A program made the position numbers and the translations under genes. From NCBI GenBank assembly GCA_964016885.1, contig OZ024740.1, positions 196,230,001 to 196,294,000 on the forward strand: a stretch of DNA of 64,000 nt. The letters run 5' to 3'. Shown piece after piece: positions 25,611-37,339 of this stretch (its first letter is position 1; each line of letters starts with the position of its first letter). Source of the stretch: Eledone cirrhosa. Its lineage: Eukaryota. The notes beneath the pieces were generated by a model. It saw only the letters and a list, made by a program, of their open reading frames with translations, had not been told where the DNA came from and did no database searches.

Positions 25611-28600
25611 ATTATGGTTTAGCCAAGTCAACTACGATCGTGTAAACCTATGATTAAATGTATTCCATGAATGACCATCCTAACCTTTTGAGGTTTGTCT
25701 AGAGCCACACCATGTAATGTCGAATACCCCACTTATTTTTAAAGGTGGTAAAGCGATATGCATGTTAAGCGGCGGCCTTTTTTTTTATATTTAGGACATT
25801 ATATAATGATTTCTTCGTTTTCTAAGGTGAGGGGGTGTATTTGGTTGCTATTGCTAGCATGTCGAGTGACAACGTAGAGGCTATCCTTTCTCTCTCTCTC
25901 TCTTTATATATATATATTATCTAGGTCTACATTATGTAATGTATCCTTCCCTTTTTTAAAACGTTGGGCAAATATGGGGGTGGTATTTGGTTGTTGTCTC
26001 TAACAAGATCTAACGACAACACAAATTCCTTCGGTACCTTAAATCCATCTCAATTCATTACTACTTATGATCTAATTTCCTCGGCAAATATGTGACCCTG
26101 TCCCAGGTTTAGGAATGAGAATATGGGGAGTTGAGTCGATAGGATGCTGAGAAATCAACGTTTCACTTCTAGTCGGTAGCGGCGATCCTCGAATATACAG
26201 CTTGTGTAATTACACCTAACATAATTTCGTTTGGCGATCAGTGACCTGGGGCTAAACAGTTACTATTAATTTTAAAAATACAATTCGAAGAGAAATAACA
26301 GCAAAATGTACACAAAGGAAACATAAAAACGAACAAGTATGTTATGTTTCTTTTGTGCTGTTGTAAAATGATTTTTGGTGCGTTTTCTGCGTAGATTTTT
26401 CTTTTGCCTCTCTTCAAATTAAATTAAAAAGTAAATACCAGTAATATATTGCCTTTATAAATACATACACACGCATGTACGTATATACGTACGTGTATAT
26501 ACACATACAATATAGCAGTAGATCGCCAACCGCCAAAATAAATCATATATACGCAGTAGCTCTGAAAGTGAAAGTTGACACACATATTCAAGGATCGCCG
26601 TCACCACCATTGTTTGTATCGTTTAGACCCCGAATAAGCTCTCTATTGAAGCAGATTTTTTATCATCAAAGGGTTCCATTTATGGTCATCTCATTTTATT
26701 TGCAGACAATGTATTCAAGACTGCATTATCAAAAGACTTTGTCGTTGGGTTGCCAGTACTATGTAGTTAATGAAAATTTGAAGGCCTAGATACTTGTATA
26801 TGTGGTGTGGTAAATATATATATATATATATTCATTTTCATTTTACGTCTGCTTTTTCCCTGCTTGCAAGGGTGGGACGGGAACTGATTTTGGCTTGATT
26901 TCTACAGCTGGATGCCCTTCCTAACACCAACCTCATTTACAGTGAGTGCTGGGTGCTTTTTTGCCGTGGCACCTCCACGACCACTTTACAGTGGAATGAT
27001 ATGGACCCCAGTCCCTATCATCTCATTTCTACAGCTGAGTAAACTGGAGAAATGTGAAATAAAGTGTCTTGCTCAAGGAAACAACACATCACCCGGTCTG
27101 AGAATTGAACTCACAACCTTTCGATTGCAAGGCCAATGCTCTAACCACTAAGCCATGTGCCATATATATATAAAGTCTGAATATAATTGTTTCTACTAGC
27201 AGAAAAACCACCATTCGGGTGGTTTTCTGCTAGCATGTGTAGTATGTATGTTGATCATAATCTATAAAGCTCAGTGTGTGGTCATGCTCCTTTCTTATAG
27301 AAATCTACGATATAGAATTTCTTCAATTGAAATTTACAATTCAGCATTCGAAATAGTTTCGATTGCATCTTGACGCAGATAATTTTTTCAATTTCACCCA
27401 CAATTACACAAAAAAATAGATAAAACTCAATATTTTACGATTTTTCTGTCATTTAAACTGCTAAACTCTTTCCACTACCATTCAAAATCTATACAACTTC
27501 ATACTTTCTGCTACTTTCTCTTTCCAAGCTTGATGGTGATACTGTCCGTTTTACTCTCTCAACACACTCACTTCAACAACAACAACAATCTGCCTTTTAT
27601 AGATAATTGTTTCTACTTTAGGCACAAGGCCAGCAATTACCAGTGCATTACTGGTACTTTATTTTATCGACCCCGTAAGGATGAAAGGCAAAGTCAACCT
27701 CGGCGGGATTTGAACTCAGATGGTAAAGGGACGTAACTATGCTGGAAAGCATGGCGTCCGACCCTCTACCGATACTGCCAATCCACCACACACTGCCTTT
27801 TATAGATAATGATAAACAATAATATCCTCTATGAGGTCACTAAACCTGCTAGAAACAGCAGCTAACTCTCCCCCATATCACACCCATCCCGACTGTCTTA
27901 AATTTAGAAAATACACAGACAACCATGCAGAACAACTCCATCGCAGCTCTGTTGTTCGGCTGGCATCGTCTACGCGCGTGTTGCGCAAGTACTGTGAAAC
28001 AATAAATTTCAACACTTTTTTGCACAGAGATAATATCCATAGGCGAAACTACAATTGTCACTGCTGGCGCAGCTCCTGCTTCCAGGTCTGCAATTCATTC
28101 ACCCAGTGCCTGGCAGACAAAAAAGTGCTGCCATAAAATGGGTGGTGCAACCTAACTTTGGTAACTTAATGACCCCGAGCAACGCCGGGCTTTAATGCTA
28201 GTATTATATATAAACTGCATTAGGAGAAAATTAGTGACAGAAATATATGAATATTTATTTAAACGATCGCTAACCGATAGTGTTGATATTTGAAAATTTT
28301 AAAGAAGTGAATCTTTAAATAAGTAATAAAATATATTTAATGAACAGCCACGAAATTTAGTAGATAAATTATGTAATATTCATTCATTATTTATTCAAAG
28401 TAATCCAACTTATTTTACTAAGGGGATAAAAAATTATAAACCGTACGCAGTCCCACGCTTCTTACTTTATTATAGTTTAGATTTTTGGCACAAGGCCAGC
28501 AATTACCCTAGGAAAATAGCAAGCAGTGAAATTGTACCCCTGCCCAAACATCCGACATCCATCTTTCAGCTGAAAACAATACATGAAAATTATTGTACTT

Positions 28601-30198
28601 TTACCTACAATATAAATAGTTTATTGATCCAGCTACCATAGTGCTTCTCACCCATGATAATTGTTTCTACTTTAGACACAAGGCCAGCAATTTGAAGGGG
28701 GTAGGGAGTAGATTAAATCGACCCCATTGCTTACTGTTACTTTATTTTATCGGCTTTGTAAGGATCAAAGGCAAAGCTAACCTCGGCAGGATTTGAACTC
28801 AGAACATAAAGGGCTCTATGCTGAAAAGCATGGTATGTGACGCTCTGTCGATACTGCCAAGACAGATCATACATCTGAAGAAGTTTCTTTTTTCAGTCTT
28901 AATAGAAAGTGCTCTTAACACAAGTTGCGACCCCCTTCAAGTGGGACACATGGCACGTACCATACCCTAGTTATGCCTCTGCATAGCTGCCCTAAATATG
29001 GGGAGTATAGTAAAGTTAATAAGTCCTCTAGCTTATTCGTCAAATTGAGTAATGTTTCCAAAAACATATATTCTAACTTTCATGAAAAAACCCGGGCGTC
29101 GCCGTGCACCTCTACTAGTCCTTAAATCATTGTTTGCCTCACAGACGAGATGACGAAGGAATACTGCGAGTGGAGGGCGGCTGTGCTGGAAAGTGCCAGT
29201 CCAACCCATGCTAGCATGGAAAACGGATATAAAAGTATGAAAATAATTGAATGAAATAGGATTGATTTTCACATTCTTGATAAATATGTGTTTCCTCTCT
29301 AAATAGTCTAAAAAGGTTATAATTGTATGAACGGCTCATTTATTTCCGCCATGCTACTGTGTACTGACATTATTGGCAGTATCGGTAGAGGGTCGGACGC
29401 TATGCTTTGACGTATAGAGTTACGGCCCTTGCCATTCTGAGTTCAAATCCCGCCGAGGTTAACTTTGCCTTTCATCCTTACGGGGTCGATAAAATAAAGT
29501 ACCAGTAATGCTCTGGGTAATTTCTGGCCTTGTGCCAAACGTAGAAACAATTATTTCAAAATTGGAAGTATCGTTGTTGAGAAGTTAAAGAAACATTTCA
29601 AAGTGATACAAATGTCTTAAACATTATTTTGATTGTTGATTGTAGCGTTATTTACTGTTTTTAGCGTTTTTATATTTGACTTTACTTGCTCTTTTCCCCG
29701 CTCTTTCTTTCATTTGGTCACGTATTTTTGCACTCATCATCAAGTAACATATATAGTAAATGGAAATAAAAAAAGAGTAGACGCAATCATTTTTTTTTTT
29801 TGTTTTTTTTGTTTAGAAAGTCAGATATATCTTCTTCGAGAAAAAGGAGTGCAACTGATTTTCTAAAAAAAAATCTTTGTGTCGACTCCTTTCTTTTCAT
29901 TTACTATATATGTTTCTTGATGACGAGTGCACTCGCATATAGGAATAGCCCAACGCCTCGGCTTCCGCGCGTGTGAGCCTCATGAATGCTGTTGTGGGAC
30001 AGTTGTAGATGAGTTCGGCCTGCACCCATTATTATGCCGCCAGAGCTAAGGCCGGTTCTCCCAACATGCCACTCTCAACGACATAATGAGAAGGAGCTTC
30101 GATGCAGCCGGCTTCCTGTCACAACTGGAGCCTATAGGCCTCGATCATGGTAGCGGCAAGCACCTCTCAATTATTATAAAAATAATGATTTCTACGCC

Positions 30199-30400
30199 GT
30201 CCTGATTCTAAAATCACCCAGGATGTGAAGTGTGCCAGAACAAAAGGCACATCCATCTTTTGAAACGTCATCGGCCCCTATGGCTTCAACACTTTATTAA
30301 AGAAGCTTCATCGACAAAATTCTCCCTCATCATCGATGAAACAACTGATGTTTCAACACTTAAACAACTCGTCCTTATAGCCAGATATTACAACGTTGTA
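30199..30400 (+). mobile_element. Duplicate fragment of the hAT transposase region
   Basis: Near-identical to 22161-22355 (FSLIIDETTDVSTLKQL). Confidence 0.85.
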
Positions 30401-31395
30401 TCCAGATATTACAACAATTTGGGGGGATGGGAAAGTCGATTAAATCGACCCTAGTGCGTGACTGGTACTTTATTTCATCGACCCTGTAAGGATGAAAGGC
30501 AAAGCTATACTCGGCAGAATTTGAACTCAGAACGCAAAGGGCCGTAACTCTATGTCGCAAAGTATGTTGTCCGACGCTCTACCGATACTGCAAATCAAGT
30601 AGTAGTATAGTCAATTGATTTAAATCCCGGTATATTATTGATACTAGCAGAAAAAACACACTTCCGGTGGTTTTCTGCTAGCATGTGTAGTGTGTATATT
30701 GATATTATACGCAAGTATATATACATGTAGACATGATACATCAAATAAAATCGTAATTGACAATATAAACAGAAATTGAACGAAGACGTTGTTACACTGT
30801 CTTATGTAATCAGTAACGTAATCCATGATACATTAAAAAAAGACGATATTATATATAAACTGCATTAGGAGAAAATTAGTGACGGAAAATTAGTATGTTT
30901 ATTTAAGTGATCGCCACGGGAAGTGTTAACATCACACACTCTCTCTTTCTATATATATATATATATATATGGTAGTTGAAGTGGTGGTGGTGGTGGCAAC
31001 GATATACCGGAAGTGCAACTTTGAAAAGAAGTCAATTTTAAATTATTTATTTTTACGAAATTATTTTTGTTTACGAAATTTAGTAGATAAATTATGTAAT
31101 ATTCATTCATTATTTATTCAGAGTAATCCAACTTATTTTACTAATGGGATAAAAAAAAATATACCGTACATAGTCCCGCAGACCTTCCTTTATTATAGTT
31201 TAGATTTATTTTAATGAACACTCCCACAGCCATCACCACCACCACCACCACTGTAGAGGGATATAAGATAGATTTCTTTATTTGCCACAAGGGCGCACAA
31301 GAAAAGGGGAGGGGTATAAGATAGATAGATAGCTTCAACCTTAGAAGGATTTGAACTTAGAGTGTTTTATTGACAATCCAATGGGGTCAAAAATA

Positions 31396-31590
31396 CAAAC
31401 CTGTCAACTCTCTCCGTCCAATGGGGAGATTTGCAATAGCCTTTGGGGTGGGTCAGAGATGTCTTCTCTTGTGAAAATGGGTATAGCTTTCATTATGTAA
31501 AAGTCCCCCATTTTGCCTCATTTCTCCCCATTTTGGGTCACTTTTTTTCATAGTACTCCTTGTTTAGGTTTTTAGAGGTTGGCAGGTCTC
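31396..31590. mobile_element. MITE with ACCTGTCAAC/GTTGGCAGGT inverted ends; inverted copy at about 42376-42552
   Basis: The two dispersed copies share the interior (gaaaatgggtatag..ttcattatgtaaaa) and the termini. Confidence 0.6.
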
Positions 31591-32025
31591 AAAATACTCT
31601 GCTGAGATTTGAATTGAGAATGTAAGTAAGTTTGGGGACAGATCAATGTTGATTAAATCAACACTGGTATTTGACTAATACTTCATTTTATAAACCCTGG
31701 AAAGTTGAAAGGCAAAGTTGACCTCAGTGGGATTTAAACATAGAATGTAAAGAGCCAGAACAAATACCACAATTGCATTTTGTCCGACGCTCTACCAATT
31801 CTGCCTATTGAACACTAATATTAATGACACAAAAAGTTAGGTTAAGTTTATATTTTTACTATACTCTTTTACCTATTCCAAGCCATCCGACTGAGGTCAT
31901 GCTGGGGTACCACCCTTGAGTATAATATAGAAATTAAGAGAGAGAGATTATGAGAAGTTAAGAAAAACATAATATCGATAAATGGAGAGAGAGAGAGAGA
32001 GGGGGGGTTAATTTTTAACACATAC

Positions 32026-32125
32026 ATGGACCAGGTGCATTTCCCTGATAGTTTAGGAAATCTCGTTTGGTTTTTGAGCGGAAAACTGCTTCTGCAGACA
32101 TCGTTTTCTTAGGCTGTGAGTTTAT
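32026..32125 (-). CDS. STPG1: STPG1-like exon 5 (INSQPKKTMSAEAVFRSKTKRDFLNYQGNAPGP)
   Basis: F.SKT.R followed by PGP; tttgtttatcag acceptor, T|GTATGT donor, phase 0 to 1. Confidence 0.88.
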
Positions 32126-32312
32126 CTGATAAACAAAATTGAGAAAGTTTACTCAATAGAAGAATTATATATAGAAATATAGGTTTATATATAGTTAGCA
32201 AAATAATTGTACTTGTCTTGATTCTCATAATCAATCTCTTCTTTGTTAACGTTTGATTTGAAAAAACTGTATCTACCTACCTACCTACTATCTCTCTCTC
32301 CCTCTGTCAATC

Positions 32313-32387
<75 letters not shown>

Positions 32388-32878
32388 CACCTCTTCCTTC
32401 TTTCTGTCATTACTCAAGATTCATGACCAACACCAACACTCAGTCATCAATTAAAGCGACTTAAGTGTAAAAGCCAAACAGTGTATCTATCTTGATTGTT
32501 ATAAATAATTTAAAATTCAGCTCAACACTGAAGAGATCCAGTTACGGTCAAAATTTGTATATGTGATTGGAATTTTGTGATTTTTTAAATCTAATTCAGC
32601 CTACTTGCATTATCAGATGACTAGGCATTATTAAGCAACGGGTGGTGTATTGGCAGAATCAGTAGAGCGTCAGACACCATACTTTGCAGTATTTAGTTAT
32701 GGCCCTTCATGTTCTGAGTTCAAATCCCGCCGAGGTTAGCTTTGCCTTTCATCCTTAGTGGTCGATAAAATAAAGTACCAGTCACACACTGGGGTCTATT
32801 TAATTGACTTTCCTCTCCCCTCCCCTCAAATTGTTGACCTTCTGCTTAAATCAGAAACCATTATTAGGCAACTTTGCA

Positions 32879-33071
32879 GGGCGGTGGATTGGCAGTATCG
32901 GTAGAGGGTCGAACGCCATGCTTTACAGCATATAGTTACGTCCCTTTACGATCTGAGTTCAAATCCCGCCGAGGTTGACTTTGCCTTTCATCCTTACGGG
33001 GTCGATAAAATAAAGTACCAGTAATGCACTGGGTAATTGCTGGCCTTGTGCCTAAAGTAGAAACAATTATT
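32879..33071 (+). mobile_element. tRNA-derived SINE family A, representative copy (others at about 1943-2130, 4385-4497, 23090-23280, 23292-23481, 27603-27788, 28656-28860, 29372-29553, 30420-30590, 31630-31810, 32640-32865, 43498-43574, 49410-49490, 53358-53542, 58606-58797)
   Basis: A box TGGCAGTATCGG, B box GAGTTCAAATCC, core GCCTTTCATCC..GGGGTCGATAAAA, (ATT) tail. TSDs visible, e.g. ATTATTAGGCAACTTTGC here and CTGCCTTTTATAGATAAT at 27589/27792. Confidence 0.9.
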
Positions 33072-33427
33072 AGGCAACTTTGCCTTTCATCCTTTCAAAG
33101 TCGATAAAACAGTACCAGACTACTACTGGGGTTGATTCTTCCTCTGTATTTCTTTCTCACTTCCTTTCTCTCATTTTATATCCTTCTCTGGAAGAAATCT
33201 GCTATACTCAGGCCTGGAGAGGGATGGGCTCCACCAGGCTTAGAATGCCTAAGAAACACTGTATGCAGCAGCAGCAACAGCAGCAGCAACAACAACACCA
33301 ACAGCAGCAGCAGCAGCAACAACAAAAACATCAACATTATCTTCTTAATTCATATTGGCAGAATGTTTGGATTAATGAGAAAAAAGCATAAGTTAATAAG
33401 GAAATATATCAACAATGATTTCTTTAC

Positions 33428-33601
33428 CTGATACTGGTTGGGTGCTGGTAGTGAGAAACGTTTCATTTGTTCGGCGATTTGTTTTTGGAAAGGTCTAGTA
33501 TTGCCAGAACGATTGAAGTCCCTTTTGCTGCTGAATGATGATGGCAGTGAAACAAATGGACCACCATTTGTGGCACTTGATAGAGAAAATTTACGTTTAG
33601 T
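33428..33601 (-). CDS. STPG1: STPG1-like exon 4 (TKRKFSLSS...LPSSFSSKRDFNRSGNTRPFQ...PAPNQYQ)
   Basis: PS.F.SKRDF and PAPN.Y motifs of STPG1; 174 nt, phase 0/0; CAG|GTAAAG donor. Confidence 0.9.
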
Positions 33602-33766
33602 CTGGTGATTCACATTTGATCATAGTAAAAAGTAGAAAAAGTAGAATAAAAAGATGAAAGAAGAAAGTAAGATTGTATATTAATTAAATTAATCAGAAAT
33701 TCATATCATCCTCATTTTCTTCTTCTTTGCCCACTCATTCCTGGAAGGGTTTTGGAGGTAGAGTCC

Positions 33767-33973
33767 TTAACCCTTTAGCATTTACATTACTCTATTGTAT
33801 TTTCACGGTAAAGGTTTTATCTCACATAATATCGAATCTATGAGATTTTGATATTATTTATTTTGAGAACAATACCTTAACGTCAGTATGAGGAGTCGGT
33901 TGGGGCCAGTTTGAACAGAAAGAGGTGAGAGAATTCTGGCCGGATAGAACCAGTTTAAATGCTAAAAGGTTAA
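33767..33973. mobile_element. piggyBac-type TTAA MITE (copies at 42794-43020 and split at 43613-43805/47095-47121; a related MITE at 47118-47341)
   Basis: TTAACCCTTTAGCATTT...AAATGCTAAAAGGTTAA terminal inverted repeats; interior shared between copies. Confidence 0.85.
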
Positions 33974-34215
33974 ACACTACTTCCAGCAGGTCCTGTCAGA
34001 AGCAACTGTCCCCAGCTGATCTGGCTGGATCTCCGAATGAGACCAGCTGAGCTCATGGATGTTATCCAACCACCTTGCTCTGGGTATCCTGTCAGTTGGT
34101 TTTGCCTGTGAAACCTGTCCAGCGATTCTTTCCAAAGACATACTAACCACATGCCAGTAGTATCGGAGCTGTGATCTCTCAATTCGGAGAAGTAGTGACT
34201 CTATCTTGAATGACA
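33974..34215 (-). mobile_element. RTE (Expander-like) LINE 3' fragment; a related copy is at about 54660-55090 (+)
   Basis: ESLLLRIERSQLRYYWHVVSM...PRARWLDNI. Confidence 0.65.
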
Positions 34216-35902
34216 CTCATCATTGTTTAATTCTCTGTTTTCCTTACTAGCAAGGGTTGCACACTTCATCACAGACAGGTCAGTACTTAAATTGACCCTC
34301 TGACCTCCAGGTCGACTAGGGACCCAGCATACAATCGCATGCTCCACTGAGTGCATTTTATCATGGCATCAAGAGTAGGGAAGTTGTCATGTCTTTGGCA
34401 AAGCTAAAGAGTCTTCCTTAACCTTTGTTTTACAGGTTTTCTATAGTTGAATGTCCTTCTTATCTCCAAAGACTTCACAGAGCATATTGAGAGATCGCTT
34501 ACTGTGTAGATCACCAACACTAAGGAGGTTGTCATGTCAATAACACAGCTGAAGAGCCTTTCCAACCCTTTGTTTGACAAATTTTCTATTACTGAAAGCC
34601 CTTCTTATCACTAACCACTTTAGTGTGTTACATATGTATTTACTTATTCTTTTAGCGATTTCAGTATTTCCACACAGTTTCCGGCTACCAAATTTCACTT
34701 GCAAAGCTTTAGTTAACCAGTAGTAAAAGTGTAGAAGGCATTTTCCTGAAGTGTTATGCGATGGGATCAAACTCATAATCATGTGGTTGCAAAGTGAAAA
34801 AGAAAGAGGCAATGGTACCCCAATGGTACTTAAACACATTGGAAAGGCTCTGGATGCAACAATTTAAAAATCAGCCTCAATTAGATTTGATCTCAGAACA
34901 TGGATATATACTACTAGCAGCAGTACCCAGCGTTGCCTGGGTAGGTAAAATAATATCTGCTTTGATGAAAAGGTGTTGATCTTAGCGACTGCGTCTCGAT
35001 GACTCATCTATGGCTACACACAGGCCATGCGGGGGAGGGTGGTGATGACCTCTATTACTGAGAGACGCGGGTGACTGACGAAGGGGCATGCTGGGGGAGG
35101 GAGTTTCGAATTTGAACGAAATCGGTTGAAAAATGTGGGAGCCAGAGCCGAAAAGGCGGAAATTTGAGCGAAAAGGTGGTATTTTGGAATATTTAAGTGG
35201 CTGCCACGCCGTTCCTGAACAAAAAATCCAAAATGTAAAGCCACTTTAAGACGTGAAATAATCAGATCTAGCGTAGTGTAAAATTTGAACAAAGTAGGTT
35301 GATTAATATGGGAGCTAGAGCTGAAAAAGTGGAAATTTGAGTCTAAAAGTGATATTTTTGAATATTTAAGCAGCTGCCACGCCGTCCCTGAAGAACAAAT
35401 ACAAAATATAAAGCCATTACAGGATGTACAATGATAAATTCTATTTTGCTTTAAAATTTGAACGAAATCGGTGGCAAAATGTGGGAGCTAGAGCCAAAAA
35501 TCTTATTTTTCGATACCTAAAAAAAGGTGACTCCCCCTATCGATTTTTATCTGCAGAATGACCCCGGAATAAAAACAACGATACGCTGATGTATAGAAAA
35601 CACTCCCCGATGACTAATCTATGAGCCTGTAAAGTTTCATGAAAATCGGTCGTAAGATGTAGGCTCCTATAGGTAATACACAGACACACACGCACATACT
35701 TAATTTTGTATATATACAGATAAAGCATGTGTTCAAACATATGCTGTCTTAGCCAAGTCAAATGCCCTTCTATACGCACATAAGATTAAAAATAGAATTT
35801 TCCAAATGTTTTTCCTCTAAGTACCATTTAATAGTAGAAATAAAATCTTAAGCTTTCATAATAAATTTTTGTAAACAGAGATGATAAAGATTACAAACTT
35901 AC

Positions 35903-36001
35903 CATTGATGCTAGACCTCCAGTCCCTTTTACTGAAAATGAACTACTGCTTGATTCAAAGGCTGAATGGGTAACATATTTTCCTGGCCCAGGAATATCAT
36001 T
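35903..36001 (-). CDS. STPG1: STPG1-like exon 3 (NDIPGPGKYVTHSAFESSSSSFSVKGTGGLASM)
   Basis: PGPGxY SHIPPO motif, matching STPG1 NDIPGPGFY...SKKGT...SM. 99 nt, phase 0/0, ATG|GTAAGT donor. Confidence 0.9.
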
Positions 36002-36346
36002 CTGTTCAACAGAAAATGTTACAATATTCAGGAGGATATTCATATATCAAATTTCTGGGCTCAAGTCAGATCAATGTTGATTTAGTTTTTTATGCAATTA
36101 GATTTTCTCTTTGTGTTATTAGTTATTCCAACGAATAACCAACTGAAATGCTTGAGCCAACACAACACAATATACTAACCATGGTCTCAGTCACCTCAAG
36201 GAGATTGTCAAATATGTTGAGATTAATGAGAAATAATAAAACACATGTAACATATTTAGTCTTTCTGTCAAAACTATTTAAGATTAACTCAGCCGTTAAT
36301 ATGCATAAGGTAAGTATATACGTTCAACAATCTGGCAGGAAGGTAT

Positions 36347-36389
36347 ACGTTGCTGACGATAGCTAACAAGCTTGAAACTAGTACAGCGT
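36347..36389 (+). ncRNA. Minimal type I hammerhead ribozyme, copy 1
   Basis: ACGUUG CUGACGA U AGCU-AACA-AGCU U GAAA CUA GUA| CAGCGU: full core, 4-bp stem II, palindromic stem III (ACUAGU), stem I ACGUUG/CAGCGU. Confidence 0.85.
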
Positions 36390-36768
36390 TCCTTTGTCAG
36401 TGTTGAACAAACGAGCAACGGTGGTTGCTAGACACTACGGCTTAATACGGGATGTTTGTTTACAAACACACCGAGCATTATAATAAATGTTCGGTGAATC
36501 CATACGTGCATATATATATGTGTGCATGTATGTATATATATATATACATACTACTGTACGTCGGTATACATATATGTATGTACGTGTACATACTTATATT
36601 TAAGTAACAGCCGTACTAAGAGTGGGAAATGAAATATCGTTTCATTTTTTCCGTTTATCGTTTTCGGTGCACCCGGCCGATTAACCCACTCGATATGCAA
36701 ATTGGGCTACTCAGCCGTTAATATGCATAAGGTAAGTATATACGTTCAACAATCTGGCAGGAAGGTAT

Positions 36769-36811
36769 ACGTTGCTGACGATAGCTAACAAGCTTGAAAC
36801 TAGTACAGCGT
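36769..36811 (+). ncRNA. Minimal type I hammerhead ribozyme, copy 2
   Basis: Identical to copy 1 and exactly 422 bp downstream. Confidence 0.85.
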
Positions 36812-37339
36812 TCCTTTGTCAGTGTTGAACAAACGAGCAACGGTGGTTGCTAGACACTACGGCTTAATACGGGATGTTTGTTTACAAACACACCGAACAT
36901 TATAATAAATGTTCGGTGAATCCATACGTGCATATATATATGTGTGCATGTATGTATATATATATATACTACTGTACGTCGGTATACATATATGTATGTA
37001 CGTGTACATACTTATATTTAAGATTAAACCCTAGTAAATACAGACTTTTTACCATAGACCAGGGCTATAGTGATTTTGAGCCTCCTTAGACTTTTTCTAG
37101 GCCTAGATCTGATTCACATGATCTCTGATTTTGACAGAGACACTTAATAAATAAGTACACAGATATATAGAATATGACATTGTTTTGACAAAGAACTATC
37201 AAAGTAAATTATACATGTGAACCTTGGGTAATACATAAATGTCACAATTATCATTTCACTTTTTTTTTTTTTTTACTGCTTAGTCAGGGATATAAGGGCA
37301 GAGCCCATGACATTTTTGAAAGCCTCTAAAACTGGTGGG

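Larger units (their letters stand above)
36288..37014 (+). mobile_element. Non-autonomous Penelope/retrozyme-like element: 422-bp tandem unit (about 1.7 copies) with two hammerhead ribozymes
   Basis: 36287-36604 repeats nearly perfectly at 36709-37022. Flanked by the 13-bp direct repeat TATTTAAGATTAA (36275-36287, 37015-37027). No meaningful ORF. Confidence 0.8.

Noticed and set aside
33080-33431. PolyQ ORF
   Set aside because: A CAG/CAA microsatellite on the strand opposite STPG1-like intron 4; the ORF starts in SINE sequence.
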